Source of the DNA: Mizuhopecten yessoensis | Taxonomy: Eukaryota | Reading direction: 5' to 3' | DNA length: 64,000 nt | Assembly (NCBI RefSeq): GCF_002113885.1 | Contig: NW_018406643.1 | Coordinates: 66,378-130,377 of the forward strand | Shown: positions 25,650 through 39,091 of the stretch, piece by piece | How the letters are laid out: each line of letters begins with the position of its first letter | Numbering within the stretch: position 1 is the stretch's first letter | Notes under the pieces: generated by a model | The model's input: only the letters and a program-made list of their open reading frames with translations | Database searches by the model: none | What the model was told of the DNA's origin: nothing | Position numbers and translations under genes: made by a program

Positions 25650-26408
25650 ATGGCGCAAGGAAACAGTTCGTCTAAACAAATTGTGGTGACAAATCGGCGA
25701 AAGAATCCCTCTCAACAGGCCGAATTAGAGGCAATAACATCACCGCGACAAACACTTGGTAAGAAACCACACCCCTCTCGATTCGAAGGAGGCGTGCAGA
25801 TTTCGTTGGAAACGTCGGAAACGCTGATATCTGCTAAGAAATCTAGCAAGAAAAAATCCAAAAATTCTAAGAAAGGTGAAAATTCCAAAGCAAAGGATAG
25901 AGAGACATTAAAGAATGTGAAAGATTCCAGTGCAAATGAAAATGTTATTCCGAAGGATAAATTTAGTAGTCCGGTTAAACTTATTCCTAGACCTGGATCC
26001 GAGGATAGCGTTAGTTCGTCGATGAGACAGGAAAGGGAACGATTGTCTTCCCGGAAAGAAAGTTCGTTCTCCACCTACATTGAGATTACCCATAATGCAT
26101 CTCAGGACCTTATAGTGGTAGAAAACGCCGATTCGGATTGGTCTGACTCTGTTGAGCTTATTCCGGAAGTTGAAAATGTGGAACCCCTAAAAACTGCAAA
26201 ACCGGAAGTTGATAAATTAACTGGAGAAAATGAAGCAAAACCAAGGACGAAAAAAAGGCGCGATGAAAAGGGACGACTAAGGTCAAACTCTGCCAATGAC
26301 AAGGACGAGCTTGAGGATCGAGCGAAACACGTGATTTTGATAGATTTGGAGACGATTACACAGGAAGTGCATGCTGAACCGATTTATGTCCCTTACGACA
26401 TATGGGAG
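25650..26408 (+). CDS. Cluster gene B exon 1 (253 codons); ~337 aa spliced
   Basis: ATG in good context (acaacATGG); ends HVILIDL...EPIYVPYDIWE at donor GAG|gtttgt, the same position as in gene A. Confidence 0.82.
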
Positions 26409-26519
26409 GTTTGTCAAACTTCTAAACTATGCATGTGTTAATAGCACTTAACAGGTTAACCCATATAATAGGGGGGTTTACCGTAAACTGTGAACTCGGT
26501 CTTATGCAGTGGCAGGTGT

Positions 26520-26598
26520 CAATCTCTACCTAGAGTTGCCGTTCCTGACACTCACTGTGTTAGCGAGTGTCAGGAACGACAACTCTGGGTAAAGATTG
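26520..26598. mobile_element. Hairpin MITE with CAATC...GATTG ends (intron of gene B)
   Basis: caatctctacctagagttgccgttcctgacactc...gagtgtcaggaacgacaactctgggtaaagattg; flanks tggcaggtgt / tggcaagtgc form an imperfect 10-bp TSD. Confidence 0.75.
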
Positions 26599-27068
26599 TG
26601 GCAAGTGCAGTTGCCCGGTCATTTTTTTAAAACACCTATTATTTTATGAGAGGCATAAAATGTTTCCACTATTCCTCCCTTCCTGTCCTATCCTTGCTCA
26701 AGATATATAATTTATTTTGATCGAACTTTATACAAATGTCAAGTGTGAGAGTAGTTCAAATGAGTTCGTATTTCAGGGGTTCAAGGTCAAGGACACATTA
26801 ACTATTCATATATATATTTTTCAACCAATTCAGTGACTGGATTCTAGCAACTTCATTTCTTAAGAGAGTTTGATCAAAACTTAAGCTAAGGTAAAGTAGT
26901 ATACCTCCAATGAGTGTGTAATTTGTTTAAGTAACCCCAGTGCTAGCTATTATATGCAAACATTATTTATTTATTTATTAATTAATTAACTTCATTATTA
27001 GCATTTTTTTCAGAATTTTCATTAATTCACAGGACTTTACAAAAATCGTACGTTTATCTCTTCCTTAG

Positions 27069-27323
27069 CCCAAACGACGCACGCGCAAGAAGGGCAAGCA
27101 GACGATGGTGCGCGTGGGGGGAGGCTTCATGGACTTGCCATACTATCTCCACTACCACGTGCCAATAAAGGTCTACCAGCTTAAACCGTACGCCCAGCTC
27201 TTCAACAAACATATGCTCATGATCAAGTCTAAACGGCCGGAATCGGCCACAGACCACAAACAATATGACCGGCCGAGCTGGACAACCATGAACAAAGGTT
27301 TCAAAGCCTTTGCACGTATATGA
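27069..27323 (+). CDS. Cluster gene B exon 2; partial GAS2-related (GAR) motif
   Basis: Acceptor tttatctcttccttag|CCC, phase 0; PKRRTRKKGKQTMVRVGGGFMDLPYYLHYHVPIKVY...MLMIKSKRPESA...PSWT. Confidence 0.85.
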   Translation, partial: PKRRTRKKGKQTMVRVGGGFMDLPYYLHYHVPIKVYQLKPYAQLFNKHMLMIKSKRPESATDHKQYDRPSWTTMNKGFKAFARI

Positions 27324-29560
27324 AACATCTGAGGGACCACGAACAGATTCCTAAAATTGACGATTGCTACCGAACATTTACGAATCTAAATCGGAAATAG
27401 ACGATTGAGATTCAACATTTCCAAACAAAGATGGTGGCAGAAAGTCCCGTACATGGAAGATATATTCAAAGTGTTACTTCATACAGAAAATATAGAGATG
27501 TGTTAAATAATTGATTTAAGATGGGAGAAAATCAATATCTGTGAAAGAAATTGCCTCTAATGTACTGTGATACCTATAAGAAATGTGTCATACATGATAT
27601 TTGTCTATATATTTGTTCTGTGGTAACATAGGCTTTGTTTAAGGAGATGAGATTGGAAACCACAGGGGCCAAACACATCGTTGTATTGGTCTTAAAAGCA
27701 GCATCATCCATATTCTCAAATAACGTTTTTCATTGATAGCATGTGTCTAGCCCCTGTGATATCAGTACTGCCGAGGTTGTTACCGTAATTCCTCGGTATG
27801 ATATATTACGTATGCTATTGCGTGTTAATTTGTGTGTTAGTGTACGGAAACCGTATAGCTCAACGGCCCGATATGTATTACTTCAAAAATCAAAAAAGAA
27901 ATCTATCGGACTTTTTAAAGCTACGATTTCTGCAGCTAGTGTGTTGTGCGAACGCGACTGGACATACTGTCATATTTTTTTTAATTAATAGCCTTTATTT
28001 ACCATGATTCATATTGACATTGGATTTCAGTATCAATATATGTAACACCTTATAAATATGTCTTTAATTAATTGATTAATCAGTTAAAAATCAACATTAT
28101 ATTTTTAAATATTTTATGTATTTTTTGGTGTAGAACTCTTTTGTGGAGATTTATGTCATTGTCACGTAGCATATTCCCTTAATAGTCGCCGTTATAGAAC
28201 TCGACCTCCGGACTTGTTCGGCACACTGCTATCCGAGTCGCTAGTTCACCAACCTTACACATTTATTAAAGATACTATTTTTCAAGCGTCCCGTAGTACA
28301 GACTTGTTTGTGAGAGTAAGGTTAAGACTAAGAAATTGAGCGTCTGTGAAACAGAGATATACTGTAAATGTAGATATTTTAGCGGTATTCTCATTTTAGC
28401 TCTTTTCGCACTTGAATTATTGCTCCAAATCATGAATGCGCCAAATAAAGTTTTTGCATGATGTTCTCGATAAAATATTTTTGGGATGCGCCAATACATC
28501 AACGCGCTAATCTATTAAAAATCTATAATGCGCTAAAATCAGAGAACGCTAAAATAACTGATTATGTTGTTTTGGGGTATTTTTACGAAGACGAACCGAA
28601 GATTACAAGTAGCCTTACAAGTATTTTACCGGAAATAACAAGCGGCCCACCAACACGGTAAAAACAGTTTTCATTTGTATTGTATGTCATGCTAAAAATT
28701 TATTAAATATAACATGTATGCTATATTATATAGTGTAAATTTTATAAATCATACATATATAAAGTTTTGTCATCACAATTATGATATTAAAAGTTTCATC
28801 CAGTGTATGTGTCATACATTAAGTTGTTATTACAGATATCTATGTATCATGACAGGGGCTACACATATCCTACTTATTCAATTAAACGTTATTTATTTTA
28901 AAATAATTATGAAATATTTTTTATCAAATGGAGGACAACACCAAACTCGTCTTTTCAGAAAAGAAAATCCACGAGAACGATGTAAAAAACCTATAATACA
29001 AAGTCATTATAACATAGCATATCTTAAATATGATTTTTTCGTTATATTCACGGCCTTGTTCGTCCGGTACCATCCTTCACACACTAACTCCGTGTTTACA
29101 GTGATGGTCGTGGGCAAAGGGGGAATAACTCTTTGCCTGGACCATGCAGATAGTTCTTTAAATTGCATTGGTGACTCTTAGTATATCATCCGAGGTATCA
29201 CACAGCTTGATTACAAGACATGTTCCGCGTGGACCCTATTCACCAAATGTACAGTGTAACATGCCGTTACATATATGGGTGAATTGTGACGCACACTAAA
29301 ACATTGCTACAGTGACCTACAGTTTCACATCACAGTGGAAATAAATGAAATGAATGAGGGATGTAGATTTTTTTATACACCACTGAAACTAGGTATCGAT
29401 GACTGATATAAACATCAAATACGATTCGACTTTCGACATTTTACACACTTTTAACCAAAATAAATAGGTCATTTTATATCACTCGGTTATCGTCACATCT
29501 CTTTTATCAATAGCTTACATTATGGATCGAAATATGCCTCAAAGGGAAAAGTATTAATGA

Positions 29561-29642
29561 GAGGGCCGCAGTGGCCAAGTGGTTAAGGCATCTGACCGTC
29601 TACGACTACTAGTCCTCCGCCATTTGGTCACAGGTTTGACGT
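29561..29642 (+). mobile_element. Truncated tRNA-derived SINE head (second family)
   Basis: gggccgcagtggccaagtggttaaggc (A-box-like) and degenerate B box ggtttgac; no full cloverleaf. Confidence 0.5.
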
Positions 29643-32106
29643 GAATCGCCGATAAAGACGCAGGTCGGTGGTTGCTGTAACTGGACATAAGCAAGTCTAG
29701 AAATGTATACATTGTACCTGTGTTAAATGATTTACATGTTATAATCATATATGTATACATTGTAGATGAGATGGAGGCGATTTAAATATCGTATATCTGT
29801 ATTGTAGATCGATAGGTGTGATGGGGAGATAACCCCCTACGATACAAGTACACATGCGAAGCTTTACTGTACGAGCAAAATTTAAATACTGTGATATTCT
29901 AACCGGAACGAAACCGATATTAGTCAATATACGTAAAACGTGTTATGTGTGGAGCCTTGTCAGCTTCATATGTCGTAAACTTTAGTTGAAAAATCAACCG
30001 GACAGGTATTTTTGATACTTAACGTCTCGTAAATTCAGGTAAAAATATACAATGCACAGATAGTTTTAATCTCCTTCACATCATATAGTCATCGGTCACC
30101 GTACATATTGAGTTTACATTCTGAAATTTGACATTTTAAAATAACGTTAAAATGAATTTTTGTTTATGATGTTTTCCAACAAAGCTAATTCGGTAAGATA
30201 TGACAGATTAACATACAGGATTCCAAAAAATTAAATGCAATGCCTTGCATGCATATGGTTTTGAAGATTTATCTTTAACCTTTAATGAGAACACGGGGCT
30301 ATTAAGTATATGAATACTGTCAAAAATCTTCACCAACATTACTGCTATGCAAGAACTTTTCTTTTGGCGGTAGCAAATACAGTAATTATTAACCTTATTT
30401 ACTAATAGAAATTTCGAGGATGGGTCCTTTTAGATTAACTGATACCATATCTATGAATTGTTCAACTCGGAGTTTGTTTTTAAGTCGACTTGTGACCAGT
30501 AATACTTATACATAGAAGATGAAGCAACAAAAAGAAAACGTTTTGTCAGTGTAAACCATCTCTCGATGGTCAATGTATTTTGTAATCGTAAACACCTGTA
30601 AATTGGGTTCCCATTTCGATGTTATGCAGGTAAAGCGTAGAATGGCAGTGTAAAAGTCCTTAGTTCTTCCCCTGCATTCGGGGTTTCTTTAATAAATCTA
30701 TTAAACCATCGTTATATGTGATTGTATGGAATATTTAAATTGACTTTTCTTAAAAGTGGAAAGAGCAATAATATATATCAACTTGCTGGTACTTTTTACC
30801 GTAAATACGAAACTTTTTTTCATATTAGCGATACTTCTTTTAAAATTTAAACTTCAATATAGAACTAATCTTTGGTATCAAATCAGTCATGGGATTTAAT
30901 GTAAAATCGCAATACGGCCTGAGAAAGACTGAGATCCCGATTACGTACCGCTGATAGCATGTATTGTCTGTGGAAAATGAATCCACTGAAGCGACAAACC
31001 AGGGTCCCACGTTCAACGGCCCGGGGCCGATAACAATGGAGCTGTGACCAGGACAAATCGCACGAGGCGAAGCGACGTCATAGGGCACAATGGAGGTCTC
31101 CAATATCTTGAAACAATGACGGTGAATTCGATCTCCGGATATCTCCATACAGGTGACGATAGACTCCAATTTGGCAGGGAAATGTCGTCTGTCACATATC
31201 TCAAGGTATTTCTTACATAGAAAGGCTTGACTTAAAACAGATCGGAAAATGGCATCCTAACACACAGCATAGATTCTTTCTGTGTGGTACTATCAAAATC
31301 GCAATTAAGAATTGCTTAGTGTTAAAAGAATTCCGGTTTGCCTTTTTTTCGACTTACATTAGAAGATTCGAGTTTGTGGATTTGGGTTGTGATTAAGACC
31401 TGACTTGTGTAGATGAATGATTGATGAAGGAATTAAGATAGCACATCTTGATATAATAACAGGACGACAGGATGGACACTCGTCTGACATCCAAGTCATT
31501 TTGTTGATTCGCTGAGTGCTGGAGTACTCGTGTGTTTCATATTTACAAATCGGACCGTAACAACTTAAAGTGTGAACGAATTAATCAATCGAAAATGGAG
31601 CTGTATACCATAGTGTTCAAGTTGATCTATTACATAATATATAAGGACGTGTCTAGGATATCAGAATCCCGTCGTCTAAACTGGACAACCTGACAATTTA
31701 CCATCGGAATTCATCCAGAAATATTGACGCTTTAATCCCTCGTGTTTTGAACGAGGACGGTAGTTCCCGAGATTGAGACGAAGCGACTCTTTAGTGCCGT
31801 TATACATATTAAGTGGTAGATCGCGTATCTTCTGTAAATCGCGGCACTGATGACCGTGAACTATGACGGTATAATCCGTGAGAATAATCAGATGGAATAT
31901 TATACATATGTATACATTTATATTGATTTTTGGTTAACGGTCGCGTATATTTTTATCCAGGTATACGTTTAAACTGGAATAATGTATCAGTGTGAAAATT
32001 CATAAGGCAGAAATGTTCCAAAGATCTCTGCCTGTTCCACGTATCTCGAAAATTTCAGTGTGAAACAAATATTTAATGTGAAAGAAATCCTGACGATTAA
32101 TCCGAA

Positions 32107-32706
32107 ATGGCGAGTGAGTTTTTTGCAAGGAAGTTAAACCTGGAGCTGGCCTTGAACCCGCTGTTCCATGGTCCGCACGAGGAGCTTATGGAGGAAACAC
32201 CCCCGGAAAAGGAGGTCAAGGCCCCGAAAAGAAGAGAACATACACATAGTGCTTCGCGAATTCATGGCGGCCATAACACCGGAAGTCAATCAAAATTCAC
32301 CACCGGAAGTCATATAAACAGTTTTGAGTTTAAAAATCGCAATCCGAAAGGTGTATATGACTTTCTTAAAGTTAAAATGGACCGTGAGATTGCTAGAACT
32401 AAAACGACTAAAATTCGAAAATTCTCTGGCAAAATAAAAAAGGTGGATGAGACAGAATCCGGAAATAGTGATAAAACAGAAAGGGTAGAAGTAATTGTCG
32501 AAGTGGAAGCGGATACGAAAAATACGGAAAGAACTAGTGATACATCGGAACCTAACAGCTATCAACAGACAGTAAAATGTGTGGTTCCAAAAACCGGAAG
32601 TGAAAAGACAGGCATGGTACCGGAAATACTACATTATTCGGACGATTTTTCAGAGGGTCCTTTGGAGGTGTATGAGCCGGTATTCGTGAGGTTTCCGGTG
32701 TGGAAG
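32107..32706 (+). CDS. Cluster gene C exon 1 (200 codons)
   Basis: ATG context gaaATGG; ends PEILHYSDD...EVYEPVFVRFPVWK at donor AAG|gtataa, phase 0, homologous to the exon-1 ends of A and D. Confidence 0.8.
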
Positions 32707-32956
32707 GTATAAACATGTGTTTTGAAAATGTTTCGTCTTAAAAATTCATGAATCACAGAATGTTGAATTATTAATATGAAATACTGAGTACAATCTGGCG
32801 TTTGGCTTACAGCACTCGTTTTATGGAACGGTCATTTTCACATTCTGCTAGTAAAGACTGACCGTTTATTAGGTACAGAATGTACATCGTCATATGTATG
32901 CCTAAAATGTCACGCTAAAGTTTTTAACAAATCATTTTATTTATTTTATATTGCAG

Positions 32957-33038
32957 CCAGCCAAACTCAACCACAGCTAAAGGAAATGAGAAACCTACTC
33001 TCGCAGTGTCCAGTACTGGGCGACATGTTGGATCATAG
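32957..33038 (+). CDS. Possible short terminal exon of gene C (tandem acceptors)
   Basis: ttttatattgcag|ccag|: the first AG gives PAKLNHS*, the second (32961) gives PNSTTAKGNEKPTLAVSSTGRHVGS*. No family motif in either. Confidence 0.35.
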
Positions 33039-33182
33039 CTAAAGGAATTTACGGAGAGCGTTCGGGCAGTTTCAAGACATTAAGCATGATCTCGGAGAAA
33101 AATAATAATCTATGAAAATTAAGTAAATACAGTCTAGATTATTTCCTTCTTGATTAGAAGCCACAATATTGAAAGATGATTG

Positions 33183-33718
33183 ATGTTTCCCATTAGCGCG
33201 AATGTTTCTCATTATAATGTATGTTTCCTATAAGAGCGTATGTTTCCCATTAGAGTTCGTATTTCCCATTTGAGCGCATGTTTTCTGTTTGTGTGTGTTT
33301 CCCGTTAGAGTGATGTTTCCCATAAACGCGATTGGTTCCCATTAAAGTGTACGTTTCCTATTAGACTGTACATTTCCCGTTAGTTATGTTTCCCATTTGA
33401 GTGTATGTTTCTTGTTAATTCATGTTTCCCGTTAGTGTAGGGTTCCTATTAGAATGAATGTTTTCCCGTCTTTATGTTTCCCATTAGGGTGTATGTTTCC
33501 CACTAGGGTGTATGTTTCCCATTAGGGTGTATGTTTCCCATTAGGTTTATGTTTCCCATTAGGGTGTATGTTTCCCATTAGGTTGTATGTTTTTTATTAG
33601 TTATTGATACTTATATTTATTNTTTTCCTCTTAGCGTATGTTTCCTATTAGAGTGAATGTTTCCCGTTAGTTATGTTTCCCATTAGAGTGTATTTTTCTT
33701 ATTAGTTAATGTTTCCCG
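33183..33718. repeat. Degenerate 19-bp minisatellite, ~28 copies
   Basis: Unit ccattagggtgtatgtttc, best conserved at 33475-33590. Confidence 0.88.
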
Positions 33719-34845
33719 AAAGTTTAAGTTTTCGATTAGAATGAATGTGTCCCGTATAGGTGCATATTTTTTTCTAGCACAGTACATATAAGTTTGTTTC
33801 CCATTGGAATGTATGTTTCAATGTGCCGTTTAAAGCGGTGTTTATTTATCCATGGGATTGATTTAAAAACTGATTCGTTTACGTTGATGAATGCTATATT
33901 AGATATTGCTAGACTGATCCAGCTGTCATTGCCGGGGAATGTTTTTGTTTTGTTTTGCTCCAGTGTTACGTTGAGACTGTGTTTCATTGATACCTATATT
34001 TTGGTTATAATTTCCATTGTGACGGTCGACTGTCTCATTTTGTACGATCGTGGTGCTTTGTTAGGTCTTTGTTAATATATATGAGAGGAGACAGTACGGT
34101 GACGATCAACCATACTGTGGCCCGAATCGAATGAGTTTTGTACAATGTTAATTAAAAACGGAATATAACGAAGCAGTGATTAATAATATGAGCGGACGTC
34201 TGTTTCAAAATTTTGCGCAGAATTATCCTTGGATACCCATTTTTATGAAAAAAAGGTCGATATACCTATTTATTTATGAATTTTTGTTAAATACTGTCCT
34301 CATGAATCATTTAACGATAAATCTAGCATTTTTCATACATGGCCATTCAGATCACTATACATGGTGTGCCGTCGTCTTTTGATCTTAGTACGATTACCGA
34401 GTCAGATTGATGGATAACTGTTCTGGTATACGTGTATACATATCTGGAGATGATGCGGTCACAGTGATTAAAAATATTTCAAAAGAGAGGGACAATGATT
34501 AAACATTCACGTGTCTATACCATAGTTTACTGTTTACTTATTATGACCATTTGATTGTATCCTTAACATAATTCTATATCACTGAAATTTACATATTAAA
34601 TAAAGTGATATCACCAATTTGAACATTGCGATATCACTAATTTGAACGAGCAAAATATAACGAATGTTTGTAAACATTTGTAAGAATAAAAACATTTTGT
34701 AAATACATCTTTCACATAAACCAATATAACATTTTTTTATAAGATACTTGTTTCTCAGCAAAACATTTTACGTTTCGTTTGATTTTCAAGATTATTGAAT
34801 TTATGTTGGTCGTGAACCAGCATTTTCCCAATAAATGCTCATAGT

Positions 34846-34919
34846 CAATCGGGAACCGTCGGTACTTTCCGTAAACGCAAAAATACTCATTAACGGAAAG
34901 TGCCGATAGTTCCCGATTG
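34846..34919. mobile_element. Hairpin MITE with CAATC...GATTG ends; decayed relative at ~20803-20872
   Basis: caatcgggaaccgtcggtactttccgt...acggaaagtgccgatagttcccgattg; flanks tgctcatagt / tgttcatagt form a 10-bp TSD with 1 mismatch. Confidence 0.8.
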
Positions 34920-36121
34920 TGTTCATAGTTTGAAACATCTCACACTACTTTCGGTTATCTCAGGGCAATCTGATTATCTGTTAGTTCTTTGACAAATCGA
35001 TAAGATGTTTGAGAATATCGTCCAATCCAGATAACAAATGTGTTATGCTATTTTGGTTTATGTATTTATAGAATGCTTTTATTTTTTCAAATGATTACAA
35101 ATACTCGTTATATTTTATTGAATTCGAACGTCTATTTTATAGATGATGCGTGCTGATCTTATGGCCTCGACACAGATTTCGTTACAAGTACCCAGTGGGT
35201 CCTTATTTAGACATAAATTAAGTCAGATAAAAGCAACATTATTATTGTTTGGTGTTTTTTTCAAGACGATGCAAAATGTATAGTACCTTTAAAAAATGGG
35301 GAGGGGGATGTCGTTATTTTGATGTACTGACGAATTTAATGGAATAATTGCGCTATGGAAAATACATCATAATAGCACTACTTAGGACTAATTATCAGGT
35401 ATGCCATTATAAATGCCCCTTCCTATGAAACTTTCAAAAATAGTCTTAAGCACCCTGAATGCTTATAAGGGCTTCCCCGTTACAACGAAGTTCTTGATTG
35501 AATATCGAATGCAATTTTGACCAGACTTACACATAAATGTAGATCGCTAAATCCAGATTGCTTTTGCTGTGACTTAAGTGGTTCACCCTCATGTTGGTGC
35601 AGTCATCCCCAGCAAAAACAAAACAAAACAAAACTATGTTCTTTCATGCAACAAACATAATAAGATCAGAAATGATCAGATGAACAAATTCACCATTATC
35701 AACCAATCTCTCTTAAACTGCTCTTATCGGATGAGTGTAACTATACGGTATGAAGAAAACGCTTTTATTTTCACTTCCGTCCAATGGTTCGTTTCATATT
35801 CTCGACTTTTCTCCAAGTTACATATCTCTTGAAATGTACGTTGTTCAGAGAATCTGAAGTTATGGACTAGACAATGGATTTGACCTTTTGCCTGCAGACC
35901 GAATCCTGAAGCTTGACGCAACGCTTTGCCATCCCACATCTTTCACTTAAATTGCAATAAGTCATGTTAAGGCGTTTTGACCTTTGATCTAAATGTGATC
36001 TTGACCTTTGGTGTGCAGGCGCAACAGTGGTGAGCATACGGACAAAATATTGGTACGCGACACATAGTCTTGCAATCCTTCACATATCCCTTAAATGTCA
36101 TTCAGCTATCTCCAGCGAGTC

Positions 36122-36210
36122 TAGTCTCGTTCAACCAGACTCTTTTTGTCTGCACAAGCTATGCCCAACAGAGTATTACTAGTGAACAAGCGTCTGGTTG
36201 ATCGAGACTA
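36122..36210. mobile_element. Hairpin MITE with TAGTCTCG...CGAGACTA ends and a perfect 9-bp TSD
   Basis: tagtctcgttcaaccagac...gtctggttgatcgagacta flanked on both sides by cagcgagtc (36113-36121, 36211-36219). Confidence 0.88.
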
Positions 36211-37800
36211 CAGCGAGTCAGAAGTTGTGGCCAAAACATGTCGGACGGATGGACAAAGTGGCGACTTTATGTATCCCGATTTTTTTCTAGGAGCATAACA
36301 ACAACATGGGGACCACAAGTTCCGGACGGTTATAGAAGCTTTTTGTTCTCATTTCTGAGGGCAATAAATGTAGTTCACTGACGTAACGCACTCGCGCTTT
36401 TTGGAAAGATACTAGGCAATCAATTCCAAGTCAAAAATATATCGAATAATATGGAATTCCTCTTCGTTAGAGATAAAAAAAAACAAAAAAAAAAACATAG
36501 CAATGGGACATTCCACCTGGTCTTTTTGCGAGGGAACGCAATAGTATCGTTACTGCAGAGCCAGGATTTTGTAAACATTAAAAAAAACGAAATGATTATA
36601 ATATAGTATAAATAAACGCTGCACAAAACTGGAACTCTTCATTGGAGATAATTCACAGATCGCTGGAACACTCCACCTTAACGTAACAGTTAATGTAGTC
36701 ATTCCAATACTAGCGTGGTTTATAAATGTCACATCCTGAGACACGGTCTGGTTTCTCGTCGTTTATAATGGCATTCCACCCTTGTTGGAAATTGATTTTA
36801 TATCGTTCCCGAACATTAAAACACTCGTAAATAATTGGTGTCCCCAGATCGATAATGGCGTTGTGTATTTAAACGACATGAAGGCGGATATTGTTCGTGT
36901 GTCTATGGCTGGTCTGCTCAATACACAGGTGCAAAAAAATAATACATTGGTGGCCTTTCTTTTTGTTTATCAAACCGTAAACCCGTTTCACTAAATTCTC
37001 CGTTGTAAGTAAGGTAGTGTGGCTAAATGTGAACACGCTTGTATACAATCAGAACATGGCCTGTTTGGCACAACGTTCGGGACTAAATGTGAAATTATTT
37101 TATTTTATTACCCATTTTACAAACTGATTGTATATAGCTTATGACTGTATAGCTTTCCAAGTCATTGTAATATTTGTTTTTTTACGCCAATTGTATATGA
37201 TGGAGGCCGTATCGAGTATCGATATATAGGCGTGCTTTTAAAAAATCTAAAGATTCAATATTTTATTTATGTTTATGCTTATTAGTTATTTTATGAATGG
37301 GGCTTTGTATAATAATCTGAATGTTGGCATTCCAACGTGTTAATAAACAGTGTTTATTTGTATGTATACCTTCCCATGTACGCCGCCTTACCTGTTGTAT
37401 AGATATCTCATTGTGACGTGTTATCATAAGGACAGGTAAGACACCTGGATACATTCCCCCGTGGCGTTCATCGCTATCGGATCTAGAACAATTTTATTAT
37501 GAACCCTCGCTGTAGTTAGCTTTCAAGTATTCAGGACTTTAAACGACATTTTTGTACCTTAGTATATAAACGCGGCCAGTTACTCACGTACCTGGATCAA
37601 TCAACGCCGAGATACGTTTGTGTTTTATATCCCGTTCGATAGGATTGAGAAAAGTGTGATTGACTAGGCCACTTGGTGTTGGTCAGTGTGGTCAACACGT
37701 ATGTGTATTCCATGTGCCATAATCGCCTTGTATTCAGCCAGGCTGTCCTAAACCACAATCGCCATCACTGGGGCGCTCTACTTTCATTTCGTGAACAACA

Positions 37801-38547
37801 ATGGCCACCATCGAGTGCTGGCAACCATATACGCCTCTGGACCAATTACTTTCCTCCACCCTAGTGCTGACGGACGGAGAGGGGGATGTCGAGCACGTGA
37901 AGAAGGAACTCCCAAGGTCAACCCGACGGGCCATCAAGTTCATACGGAACCAAAAACTCCGACCGAGACCCGGTTTCCAACGACGGGAGACTTGGATGGA
38001 AAACCAGCTTCGGTTATCAGGAGACGCTGTTTACCTCGACCTGGTCAAGACAAACAATCACTCGACTTTACGGCGTGAATCGTCCCAGTCAAAAAACTCC
38101 TCGACAGAAAACAAAAGACGATGGATTCATTTAGATTTATTAATGGATCCAAGTATTAAGGAATCTTCCAAACGCCTCGTCAGGACCCGTCCATCACAGA
38201 ATGTCGTATACAGAAGGGAAAATGTGGATAGAGCTGTATATTCATTAAAAGAACCTTTTGAGCCTATCCCGGTATACGAACAGCAGATACAGAGGATGGA
38301 AAAGCGTTCAAGTAGAAGCCCTAGACATACCAACAGGATTAAGCGTCTCGGTGATTCTGACAGGAGTAAGAGTTTGGAAGACATCGATAGAAGTGAAACT
38401 CCGCGTGATGGTTCAAAAGGAAACAACACAGGGGTCGTCTCAAAACCAAAAAACTACACCGAGATTCTTCATTACGTCGACGACGCAAAATCCATGGGTG
38501 CAATTGATTCGTTCGAACCTATCTACGTCATCAACAGGAAATCAAAG
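37801..38547 (+). CDS. Cluster gene D exon 1 (249 codons)
   Basis: ATG context acaATGG; ends TEILHYVDD...DSFEPIYVINRKSK at donor AAG|gtatgt, phase 0. Confidence 0.82.
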
Positions 38548-39010
38548 GTATGTAGGATGAATATTAGCGCCATGGAACTAAAATAGTTTTTCCATCATTT
38601 CTAATTCAAATTATTTTCATTTTTAAGTAGTATACAATAGTGTCAGCTAAGTTTATGCAATATCATTTGAAGATTGGGGCATTATATATTTCATTTCCAC
38701 AATAACACCGAATTTCAAATATGTGTATAACTCCTGTTTTTTTTTAAATGTATTGAATTTTCTTATCTGATTTTCCGATGTATTTTGAACGGTTTTTAAA
38801 ATGCAGTTATTTTCAGTCTCCTTTTATCCTTTTATAACTGCAGTGTAGTTTATTTATCATGCATCTTATAGCTTTGGTATGTTTTGATAGATAAGTCAAA
38901 GTGCACGTGCATGCAGGGTTTTGTTTGGTTTGATGCTGTTTTCGATTTGATATGATTAAATAGATGAGATTTGTGACGTTGTCTTGGCGGCCATTTTTAT
39001 TTTTTATTAG

Positions 39011-39091
39011 GAGGTCAGAGAATGCTCCTCTGATATAGAATCGTTAGGACTCGATTCTGACCAAAGTGACGTCACCAGTCAGGGTTACTGA
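39011..39091 (+). CDS. Possible short acidic terminal exon of gene D
   Basis: Acceptor ccatttttattttttattag|GAG, phase 0; EVRECSSDIESLGLDSDQSDVTSQGY*; the 463-bp intron is similar in size to those of paralogues. No family motif. Confidence 0.4.
   Translation, partial: EVRECSSDIESLGLDSDQSDVTSQGY

Noticed and set aside
28714-29181. 155-aa AT-rich ORF
   Set aside because: Composition matches non-coding background; no motifs or credible exon boundaries.
30889-31205. GC-elevated segment ending in aag|gtattt as an eighth cluster exon
   Set aside because: The + frames I translated are interrupted by stops and show no family motif; it could be UTR or a relic but is unsupported.
31847-31874. CTGATGA-CCGT...ACGG hammerhead-like start
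   Set aside because: Followed by TATAA instead of GAAA; no stem I/III closure.
33475-33590. Interstitial telomere (TTAGGG)
   Set aside because: The hexamer occurs once per 19-bp unit, not as (TTAGGG)n.
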